In this document: piece by piece, positions 52,770-64,000 of the stretch
How positions within the stretch are numbered: position 1 is the first letter of the stretch
Layout of the letters: each line of letters begins with the position of its first letter
Source: Octopus sinensis
Lineage: Eukaryota
NCBI RefSeq assembly: GCF_006345805.1
Contig: NC_043016.1
Location: 29,946,001-30,010,000, forward strand
Direction: 5' to 3'
Length of the DNA stretch: 64,000 nucleotides
Made by a program: the position numbers and the translations under genes
The notes under the pieces: generated by a model
The model's input: the letters and a program-made list of their open reading frames with translations, nothing else
Told to the model about the DNA's origin: nothing
Databases searched by the model: none

Positions 52770-53430
52770 TGCAGATGAAATTATAGGCAAAGCTAAAAAT
52801 GCCTTCGGCAAACTTCGTCATCATCTGATGTGTGAACAGGAAATCTAATTAGAAACGAAAATTACTGTCTGCCAGGTTCTTTCTACTCTGTTTAATGGGC
52901 TGGAATCTTGGGTGTCTTCTCAAACACATATTAACCAGCTTGTCTTTCTGAAGCTAAGTCTTTGGACCATCTGTGCATATAGCCTGAATTTTGAATACAG
53001 GCCTAATCTCTAAACGTATTGGTGGTTCTGCACTATTTCTTTTGAAATTCCAGTTGAAGATGGATTGATTATGTTATTGAAATGAGTGACAACAGAATTC
53101 CAAAAGCCCTTATGTAGAGCCATTTACATGATGGAAGGAATATTATAGAAAGACCTCAGCTAAGGTAAAAGGATAAGCTCAAAGCTAACCTGAAAGTGAC
53201 TAAGATCCCTTCCATCGAAACATTTCGGAAGAAACTTCACTGAAATGCAATGAATGGAGGTTAACTTGCTATAAAGCCACTAAGAACTATCATTTGAGCC
53301 ATCTGGATCATTTGAAAGTACTAAGAGCAAAGACAAAGTATTGAATTAACATGCCAGCCACTTTCTCTAACAATCCTCTCTCATGTCCAAATTGTGGACT
53401 CCTCTGCAAACAACTGGCTGGACTGAAGTT
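52770..53430 (+). mobile_element. Decayed 3' part of a second RTE family (BovB-like C-terminus)
   Basis: Remnants GKAKNAFGKL, LETKITV, GLESW, MSDNRIPKAL, RPQLR*KDKLKANLK and a zinc-finger-like CPNCGLLCKQLAGL. Confidence 0.75.
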
Positions 53431-53433
53431 TCA

Positions 53434-53481
<48 letters not shown>

Positions 53482-53659
53482 CCAGTTAAATGAAGAAAAG
53501 GAAACTGAGATATGGAAGTTAACAATCATTTATTAACAAATTGGCCATCTTCACTTTGGCATATAACATAGTGCTAAAACTCAATGTACATATTCTTCAG
53601 AAAAAGATGCCAGTCGAGTAAAGAGCATAAGAGATTATCATATAAATGTCATTCATTAA

Positions 53660-53661
53660 TT

Positions 53662-53692
<31 letters not shown>

Positions 53693-54455
53693 ACACATAT
53701 GCATATATATTCATATATATATATATACATATGCATATATATTCATATATATATATATACATATGCATATATATTCATATATATATATATACATATGCAT
53801 ATATATATTATATAATATACACAACACATATATATATATTATATATACACATATATACATATATATACACACATATGTATGCATATATACATATACATGT
53901 ATATAAACATATATATAATATATATACACTATATATATATACACATATACATATATACACATATAATATATATACACATATACATATATATACACACATA
54001 TGTATGCATATATACATATGTATGCATATATACATTGTATATAAACATATATAATACATGTATATATACATATATATATACATGTATATATACATATATA
54101 TATACATATATACATACATATATATACATATATATATATACATATATATATACATATATATATATACATATATATATATACATACATATACATACATATA
54201 TATATACATACATATACATACATATATATATACATACATATACATACATATATATATACATACATATACATACATATATATATACATACATATACATATA
54301 TATATATATATACAAATATATATGTACAATATATATATATACTATATACATAAATATACATATATACACACACATATATACATTTATATATATATACACG
54401 CATATATCTACAAACATATACATACGTTCGTTTACACACACACACACACACACAC
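53660..54455. repeat. Compound (TA)n/(CA)n/(TACA)n microsatellite
   Basis: Direct reading. Source of the YI/HT-rich pseudo-ORFs. Confidence 0.95.
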
Positions 54456-54941
54456 GAATATCTATGAATAACCACCATACAGCTGTAGTGACTCAGACAA
54501 GTTGGGTCCCCCGGTTAACATACGTTAACTATGTTACAGCATCAAGAACTATCACAAAACTCAGGGAATCTACACAGTTTTTTTTCACTGATGTATGTAC
54601 GACGAGTCATCTCACAGATCTACATTCAACATTAAATAATACAGTTGTATTTTTCGTTAACTCGCTATTTTTTTTTCTGTTCCAGATTTGAACCTTACTG
54701 GGGTCCCCAGGTGAAATACCTCCTTGTGACAACACCCTCACTAATCGGTTTTGTAATTATCTATCTAGAACGTGTAATGTGCACGGGCGAGATCCACTTA
54801 TCTGCCTCTGCCCTCCCTTATGTGCGATTTAACTGGAAAATTTAAAAACCAGATGTATTCATTCGTTTTCTCTAACTTTCCCACGTTCCTACATTATGCT
54901 TCATCATGATGTAACAGCATCTAAACATCTACAATATATCC

Positions 54942-54979
<38 letters not shown>

Positions 54980-55376
54980 ATGTATGTGTGTGTGTATGTA
55001 TGTGTGTGTGTGTGTACATCATATATATTAATATATATATATTATATATATATTATATATGTATGTATGTATATGAAGGACGAAGTGCACAATATAAACA
55101 TAATGGTGCTACAACATATGCTTATGATCCAAATACATACAAAATAATCAATATACATGATGAAAAATGAAATACCAAATTTAAGTCCATTAAAAGGGAA
55201 GGACTTTTTGACACACACACATTATATACTTATATATATATATATAATATATATATATATATATAGTAACATCAGACCCCGTCCAACAATACCAAGGATG
55301 AGTAGAGGAAAATGTTACTGCTGTTACTTGTATATCAAAGATGAATGCAAAAGTTTTATATATACATATGTGTGTG

Positions 55377-55408
<32 letters not shown>

Positions 55409-55519
55409 ATAATGTGTGTACAAATATGATCAAAAAAATTAAGACGACGCCTCTCCTGTCGTTTATAATAGGGTTTGGCCGAATGGATCGGAGGATTTAG
55501 AGCAAGACACAGGATAGAT

Positions 55520-55557
<38 letters not shown>

Positions 55558-55896
55558 GATGAAGCTGAAGGTAACAATGTAAATACAAATAAATGTCGTC
55601 TTGGCCATCTATCCATCCATCCATCCGTTCGTTCGTTCGTTCGTCCGTCCGTTTGTTTGTTTGTTCGTCCGTCCTTGCTCGTATATTCTCCTTCCCATCC
55701 AGTCACCATCCATTTTAAAGCATTCAGCTTCAAAACCGCTGTATCAACGATTGGAATAATAATGAACAGCAGGAGAAGAATCTGAGCATTTGCATATATA
55801 TATATAAGAGATAATAAATGTAATAATTGACAGGCAAAATCGGCTACGAAAAAAAACAAAAAAATCATTAAAAACAAAGAAAATTTACACACACAC

Positions 55897-55931
<35 letters not shown>

Positions 55932-56031
55932 ACACATATATAACATTATATCATATATTACATACATCTGTCATTGACCAACATAAAATATGCAATCAAA
56001 AATGTAACAGAAGCTAAAGGTAATTATATAC

Positions 56032-56067
<36 letters not shown>

Positions 56068-56097
56068 GTGTGCTGGTAATATATTAACATGGCTCAC

Positions 56098-56279
56098 CTG
56101 TAATAAGAAAGCAGGCCATTCTGTAAGACAAACCATCGTCTTTGGTAGCCTTTCAGGTAATTTGTCCACTTGTTCAGCCAGCCTTTGTACTGGTCAGTCT
56201 GGTGCAGTTTTGGTTCAGACATACCAGTCGATTTTAATGATCCTGGTCCAAGCTCATAGCCTGTCGAAGAACTGTCCAT
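56098..56279 (-). CDS. OSBP: First recognisable coding exon of an oxysterol-binding protein (OSBP/OSBP2-like), N-terminal half of the PH domain
   Basis: The translation ...[31 protein letters not shown] matches the OSBP PH signature ([26 protein letters not shown]). It ends at a phase-2 donor TACAG|GTGAGC with GT at 56097-56096. The start could be ATG 56279 or the downstream Met in MSEPK. The following PH sequence (..EM.HTCRG.INL) was not found in the window. Confidence 0.9.
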
Positions 56280-57420
56280 GGAGTTTATCCCTCAATTTTC
56301 AAGGGGTGGGGGGAAAACCCTTGTGTGTTTTTTTTGTTTGTTGTTTTTTTTTTTGGCTTTTTTTTTTTTTTTAAGACCACAGAACGATTGAGTTGCTTGT
56401 CTGTCTGTCGGTCCGTACGTCTTCCTTTTTGGTCGTCTGTCTATCAGCAGTCAGTTCCTGTTTTCTTCTTTTTTTATATCTATCCCTCTCTCTCTCTGTC
56501 TGTGTAATATATTACTTTTTTTTCCCCTTCTGCCACTATTAATTTATATAGATCTTTTCTCTAAATTCTTCCTTTGCCGTTTATTGCTATTATTACAATT
56601 TATTACTCTCTCTCTCTGTCTGTCTCCCTCTCTTTCCCTTTGTGGCTTTTCTATGTATCTATCTAACTATTTCTAAACTCGTGGAATTATGACAACATCG
56701 CTGTCACACCTTGTGCGTGTATATCTGTGTCCACCAGAGCACCACTTTCTCTCTATCAACTCTTACCTGCTCTGTTGCTGCCATTCCAATATGCCAATAT
56801 GGCAGCCTAGACACGTCACACACGGTCGTGGCAGTGGGAGTAGAACGAGAGAGGGAGTAGTAGGGTGTAGCAGCAGCATCAGCAGCAGCAGCAACAGCGA
56901 AAAACTTAGTAGTAGTAGTAGTAGTAGTAGTAATGATGACGGTTGCGCCGATTAGGGTTATAGTGATGTGTAGTAGTAGTAGTTATAGTGGTAAATCGCC
57001 GTCGTGGTGGTAATGCTGATGATGTATTGTGGCAGTAATAGAGATGGTGTCGTCGTCGCCGTCGTCGTAGTATTAGTAGTAATATTAGTAGTAGTAGTAG
57101 TGCTGGCAGTAGTGGGTGAGGATGACAGTAATGGGTGGCTGCTGCCGTCTCTGCTACTACTACTACTACTACTACTACTATTACTGTTGATAGTATTGTT
57201 GCCGCTACTGCTGGTGCTCGCTATTTTTAATCACCGCCGTCATCATCACCATCGACACCATCACCGATTCTATCGACGGTAGTAGTGGCACTGCTAGCAC
57301 CACCCCAGCAGCAGTAGCATTAACACCCTTAATTGCTGTGATAGAAGCAACATCATCTCTATGACATTCTCTCATTATGTTATCTCGCTAGTTTATTCCC
57401 GTCTGGGTTTAGGCCATTTA
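56280..57420 (-). promoter_or_regulatory. Probable promoter / 5' UTR region of the OSBP-like gene
   Basis: Lies directly upstream of the coding exon, is free of the common TEs and is visibly richer in CpG than the intron. Contains a YY1-like AATATGGC (~56796), a CRE-like ACGTCA (~56813), CCAAT copies and triplet microsatellites. Confidence 0.45.
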
Positions 57421-57487
57421 CTATTCCAGCTAGCACATTATGGCTAGAAACAAATTAACACACACGCTCATACATACATATACACAT

Positions 57488-57541
<54 letters not shown>

Positions 57542-57812
57542 TATATAGACGAGGGTGGGTATTCAATGTCCGATTTAAGTTAGAAATCAATAATTTCTAA
57601 CTATTTCTTAACCAGCATACTTACCATCCACCTTTTCACCTACTCCTGAACTTTCCTTGCTCCAGCTGTATTTTCCATCTGTCTTTATTTTTTTGCATTT
57701 TTGATTTTTTTCTTTCTTTTTTTTTGTTTCTAAAAATGCAACTGTTTACATCTAATACAAGCCACCCACTCCCTCTCTCTTTCTCACGCACCCATCTCCA
57801 CACAGACATGAG

Positions 57813-57867
<55 letters not shown>

Positions 57868-59107
57868 TGTGTGTGTTCGTGCTATTATTATTTCGAAACC
57901 TAGTTAAGATTAAGCAGTATCAACATCCATTATTAGGACATTCTATAACTAGCAAGATATTGCTGGAATCGAGTTCAGAAGTGAATAAAAAGTTACTATG
58001 TCAGTGCTACCACTACCACACGTCGTTGTTTCCTTCATATATATATTAAAATATTTATACCTTCGAATATTCAATATAGTCATAAATAACGGGAGATATC
58101 GTACAAAAAGTAGAAATAACTTTACTGTTCTCAGTATACAAACTGCCAACAAACGTGTATCTTTCATGTAGGCTCTGGAAAATACTTTAACCACCTCTCA
58201 TCAGGTTGCTGACCCTTTCGCTACGAAGCTCAAGTATGACCCACATATCTGGGTAATGCTTCTGCTATGCACAGCACACATCCTTACACTACATCCCAAA
58301 ATATAGGCCATCCAACAGATTGGCAAAGAGTCGCTAACCACCACTCTACGACCACCCACTCATACACAACACTGTTTTATTCGTGTTATTCCCCACTCTA
58401 TCTCTTTCTCTCTCACTCTCTTCTGCCACAAACTTATCAGCCTTTGTTTCTCTTGACTAACTAGCTACAACACCCGTGTCTCTCATTATCATTCATTTCG
58501 ACAATGCCACAGACCTCCCTCCCTACACACCATAAACGCTTAGTCTAATAATCCTTCTCTGGAGTTGCAACCTTTTGATATTTTCTCTTGCCCACAATTT
58601 TCCTAACGACATCAACCTTGCAGAAGTTCAAGTTAGACATCAACCTCGCCAGTCTAGCAAGATCTACAAAATGTTATGGGTACTATCTCTTATCCTCTCG
58701 TTAAATACAACAAATGATTATTTATTTATCTATTTATTACAATATAAGGAAAGAGTGAGAAGCCATGACCCTTCCTAAATTAGGACAGTTGGATGCACAA
58801 AAATGTAGTTATTATTTAGTTTCAAAGGTCACTAGATGAGAAGATTATGGGCAAGGATGGGTTGAGCTTCAAGAGAACAGCTGCTCTGAGCAGACGGGAT
58901 TGGTTAAAATGTTTAAATGCTAATGTGGTATTGAGACACTGTAAGGACAGCAGGGTAAAAAGACAAGGTCACTTTAACCTTCTTGATACCAATCTGCCTC
59001 AGACAGCTTCTTTATCATATGATAAACTTTGCTGTTAAAGTGATTTAACTCATTAGCATTCAAATCAGTCATATTCAGCCCAAAGGACAGACAAACGGAT
59101 TAAGTGA

Positions 59108-59352
59108 AGGCACATGGCTTAGTGGTTAGGGTGTCAGCATTATGATTGTAAGATTGTCGTTTCGATTCCTGGACCAGACGACGCGTTGTGTTCTTGAGCA
59201 AAACACTTCATTTCACGTTGCTCCAGTCCACTCAGCTGGCAAAAATGAGTAATGTTGTGATGGACTGGCGTCCCGTCCAGCTGGGGAACACATACGCCAT
59301 TGAAACCACAAAACCGGGCCCATGAGCCTGGCTAGGCTTCAAAAGGGCATAT
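59108..59352 (+). mobile_element. tRNA-derived SINE family 3. Related copies at about 26500-26745(-), 33130-33345(-), 41080-41340(+), 63825-63970(+)
   Basis: TGGCTTAGTGGTTAG A-box, GTTTCGATTCC B-box and GTGTTCTTGAGCAAAACACTT core-like domain. Confidence 0.8.
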
Positions 59353-60096
59353 TTTTATTATTTTTTTTTTATGTTCAAGCTGGCCAGATGTGGCCTCTCA
59401 CATCAACCCTGCAATGTCATTCTAAAATTTAACTGTTATCTCTTCAAAATTTCAAAGCTACAAGATAATGCATGGTTAATTAAAGACATGTGAATACATA
59501 AACATTACTTTTGACAGAATAATGTGAATGCTAAAGGATTAATATCAAAGTTTGTCATAGTTTGTCTTCATTGTTTTGAAAATTAATTGCAAGAAAAACT
59601 GTATTTAAGCAGCAATATGGTAACAAAAAGATTTAGGAACAAGGTATCACAGGGCGTAAAGAACTTGAAAAATTTATCGTCATCATCATCATCAGGAATG
59701 ACTGTGTGGTAAGTAGCTTGCTTACCAACCACATAGATCTGGGTTCAGTCCCACTGTGTGGCACCTTGGGTAAGTGTCTTCTACTATAGCCTCGGGCTGA
59801 CCAAAGCCTTGTGAGTGGATTTGGTAGATAGAAACTGAAAGAAGCCCATTGTATATATATATGTATGTATATATATATATATGTATGTGTGTATATGTTT
59901 GTCCCCCCAACATCACTTGACAACCGATGCTGGTGTGTTTATGTCCCCGTAACTTAGCGGTTTGGCAAAAGAGGCCGATAGAATAAGTACTAGGCTTACA
60001 AACAATAAGTTCTGGGGCCGATTTGCTCAATTAACTAAAGGTGGTGCTCCAGCACGGCCACAGTTCATAGACTTACGAGAGGATAAAAGGTTCATA

Positions 60097-60153
<57 letters not shown>

Positions 60154-63100
60154 ATATATCATCCTCCTCCTCATCATCATCATTATTGTTGTTTAACATT
60201 CACTTTCGATACTGTCATAGGTTGGCCAGTTTCACAGGAGACTGCACCAGACTTCTGCGGTTTTTTTTCGGCAATGTTTTTACAGCTGGATGCCCTTCCT
60301 AGCGCCATCCACCCAGGAGAGTGGAATGGATGCTTTTTATGTGGCACCAGCACTGTGATTCAAACCATGTAGATCTGCAAGAGGGAATGCATAGTCATCT
60401 GAGAAGTCATGGATGGCAAGTCAGAAATGCCGCTGACGATGAGGAGGCACAAGGAGATGACATTTATCTGTGAGGATGCCGCAATCACCGTGTATTTTTT
60501 GTCCTTTATCTGCCTTTTCTTTGCATCAGTCATTAGACTGTGGCCATGCTGGGACATTGCCAAGAAGAATAGTTTTGCTAAATGAATCAACTAATGAATT
60601 AAACCCGGTACTTTTATTTCTTAAGTCTGGTACTTATTTTATTGAACTCTTTTTGCTGAACCACTAAGTTACGAGAGGCATAAACACACCAACATCGGTT
60701 GTCTAAGCTGTGGTGGAGTAAAACACAGATGCAAAGACACACACACACACATGAACACATACACACACACATGATGAGCTTCTTTCAGATTCCGTTTACC
60801 AAATCCACTCACGGGGCTTTTGTTCACCCGAGGCTTTGGTAGAAGACAGTTGGCCAAGGTGCCACATAGCAGGACTGATCCTGGAACCATATGGTTGGGA
60901 AGCAAACTTCTTACCACACAGCCACATGTGTATACGTATGTTTACATGTATAGCTAAATCCAGTGAAAATCCTACATCATACACTATGTTTTGGGGGTTT
61001 TTGGTTATCTTGTTTACCTTGATACCATCACAGTCTTTGGTCATCTCAGACATTGGAGTATTTCTGAGAAGTTGTCCAGTTACATGACTGTCTTTAATCT
61101 CTTGGTTAGGAAATTACTAGTCAAGTCATTCCTTATTGCATGCTTTGATGCAACTCCACAATTGGCTGCCAGGAATTCTTAGAGTAAAAAATCAAGTTGT
61201 ACACAAGGGCTTTTCTAAATTACCAAATATGCTGCAACCTATAAATGAAATTTATATATAAATTGAAATATATTCAATTTATATATAAATTTAGGAGTGG
61301 CTGTGTGGCAAGGAGTTTACTTTTCAACCACATGGTTCCAGGTTCAGTCCCACAGCTTGGCATCTTGGGCAAGTGTCTTCTACTATAGACTTGGCTCAAC
61401 CAAAGTCTTGTAAGTGAATGTGAGGGAAGGAAACTGAAAGAAGCCTATCATAACATCATCTGTTGGATAGTTTGATAAGAATTCAATGGGTCAAGGACTG
61501 CATCATACACCAGTGTCCACCAAATAGAGTATTGGTGCTGATTCTTTTAACTTAAACCCTTCTAAAGCAGTGATGCCACATAGCTGCAGTCCAATGGCTG
61601 AAACAAGTAAAAAGTAAAAGATATAGGCCTTGATGAGAAGATTTGAACAGAGAATGCTGTGATTGAAAAGTTACCAGAAAGTATCTTTTGCCCATGCTGC
61701 AATTGATTTTTTTACTGTGCTGCAGCATGTGAATTATTTAGGATTTTGTTGCCAGAATGGTGAGGCTAACGGCAAGGTGATAGGGCAGCGAGCTGGCAGA
61801 AACGTTAGCACACCGGGCGAAATGCTTAGCGGTATTTCGCCTGCCACTACGCTCTGTGTTCAAATTCCGCTGAGGTCGACTTTGCCTGTCATCCTTTTGG
61901 GGGTTGATTAAATAAGTACCAGTTATGCACTGGGGTCGATATAATCAACTTAATCCGTTTGTCCCCTCTGTGTGTAGCCCGTTGTGGGCAATAAAGAAAT
62001 AAGAATGGTGAGACTGGGTTAAATGAGAGGAAGCCAATGGGGTCTTATATCAATGTAGCATCTCAGCTTACTAAAAATTGCAGCCAAACGTCTTTTTGTG
62101 TAAGTTCACATTGAATATTGCAATCTTATAATGGATACACAAACAGACATGAAGGTCATGAACAGAAAGCTTTTGATCAAAGGCCTGCTCAGCCAGGGAT
62201 GACCTAGAGTTAAGCAATAACAACAAAAGATTATACAAATGGAGAAAGAACCTTCACATGATCACTAAACCTGCTAGAAACAGCAACCAATTTCATAGAA
62301 AGCAGAAGAACATATTGGATAATATGGTCCTAGATATCCTCTCTCCTTTTCTCTCAAGATGATCAAGGATGGAATATTCAGTCACTGTTGAAGTCTTGGA
62401 GTGACAAATTTCTCATGATTGGTGGAGTTCACAGAGGGTTAAGAACAGCAAACAGAATTAGATGTAAGAAGTAAAAGGTTTTAGCTGGGCTTCATTTTGA
62501 AATCCAGCTGAAAGGAAACAGAATCCATTTGATATGGTGCCTGCCTTATCAGCTTGATTAGGCACCAGCTAATTAAATAACTTCAGTTAATATTGAATCA
62601 AATATTCCATTTGATTATATAACAGAATAAGATGAGGATACACATCAAACATTACCCTTCTCATTTAATTCAGTTTAAATGGAATTATCAATTTCTCTCT
62701 TTGTTCTTTTCCTCCTCATTTTGCCCCTTCTCCATCTTCCTTTCCATCTCTCTTCTACTGGCTCTTTCTCAAAATCATCTCTTCTATTTTCTTGTTCAGT
62801 TTAACACATTAGTTCAACCACTTTGTTACTATATTTCCGCTGGGAAACTGAATTTGTTTTAATTAATTTTGAAAATAATGAAAAATTTTCTAAAATAACT
62901 CTGCTGTTTTTAATTCGGTGTATGGAATGTATCATGAAATTTTAATCGAAAGTTTTCATTTAGATCACTTTAACCCTTTTGTTATCATATTTCTAATGCA
63001 ATACACTGCTCTTACTCTTTTACTCTTTACTCTTTTACTTGTTTCAGTCATTTGACTGCGGCCATGCTGGAGCACCGCCTTTAATCGAGCTTATTCTTTT

Positions 63101-64000
63101 GTAAGCCCAGTACTTATTCTATCGGTCTCTTTTGCCGAACCACTAAGTAACGGGGACATAAACACACCAGCATCGGTTGTCAAGCAATGCTAGGGGGACA
63201 AACACACTCACACAAACACACACACGCATATATATATACATATATACGACGGGCTTCTTTCAGTTTCCGTCTACCAAATCCACTCACAGGCTATGGTTGG
63301 CCCGAGGCTATAGTAGAAGACATTTGCCCAAGGTGCCACGCAGTGGGACTGAACCCGGAACCATGTGGTTGGTAAACAAGCTACTTACCACACAGTCACT
63401 CCTGCTCTTGTTTCAATTAATTTTGAAAATAATGAAGAAATTAGTAAAATAATTTTGTCGTTATTAAGCTAGTGTTTGGAATATAGATTAACATGAATTT
63501 TTAATGGAAGATTTTAATTTAGATCAATTTAACATTCTTGTTACCAAATTTCTGTTGAAATACACTACCTTTCTTTCTCATAATTCTGAAAATAATGAAG
63601 AATTACTAAAATAACGTTGTCATTATTAAGCTAGTGTTTGGAATATAATTAAGATGAAATTTTGATGCCGGTTTTAATTTAGAATTTGGATCACTTTAAC
63701 ACTTTTGTTACCATATTTCAGTTGAAATATGGTAACAATGATTAAGAACAATTCTTAAAGTTTGGTGATTGAAAACACCACCACCAACAACAACCATCAC
63801 CACCACCAACACCATTTAATAGAGTAATGTGGTTTAGTGGTTATGGTGTTGGACTTATGATCATAAGATTGTGATTTCAATTCTTGGTCTAGGTGATGCT
63901 TTGCATTCTTGAGCAAAACACTTCATTTCATGTTGCTCCAGTCAACTCAGTTGGTAAAAGTGAGTAAATATTGCAGTGTACAGGGGTCAATCTAATCAAC

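Noticed and set aside
53584-54691. Long YI/HT/CV-rich ORFs (also 13355-13849 and 51024-51687)
   Set aside because: Translations of dinucleotide microsatellites.
57004-57282. Hydrophobic poly-V/poly-L ORF resembling a membrane protein
   Set aside because: Produced by (GTA)n/(CTA)n triplet repeats, with no other coding evidence.

Overview
AT-rich, repeat-dense animal genomic DNA with no prokaryotic features. The SINE, RTE-tail and (TA/CA)n repertoire most resembles an octopus or other coleoid genome (inference). The only host gene signal is the first PH-domain exon of an oxysterol-binding protein (OSBP) gene on the minus strand at about 56.1-56.3 kb, followed by a GT donor. I found no exon 2, so about 56 kb of the window is probably one giant intron. 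The rest is mobile DNA: a near-full-length RTE LINE (PHD finger inside the RT region, 11-unit minisatellite in the 3' UTR), a Penelope-like element arranged as a ~1.2-kb-arm inverted repeat, decayed R4/Dong-like and RTE LINEs, two Tc1/mariner relics, hAT/piggyBac/MULE-type MITEs, a Helitron-like element, three tRNA-derived SINE families and many microsatellites. The most notable signals are several hammerhead-ribozyme-like motifs, some with non-canonical cores and two sets in inverted pairs, plus several long fold-back structures. Most ORF-track entries are artefacts of repeats. All calls were made by eye and boundaries are approximate unless TSDs are given.
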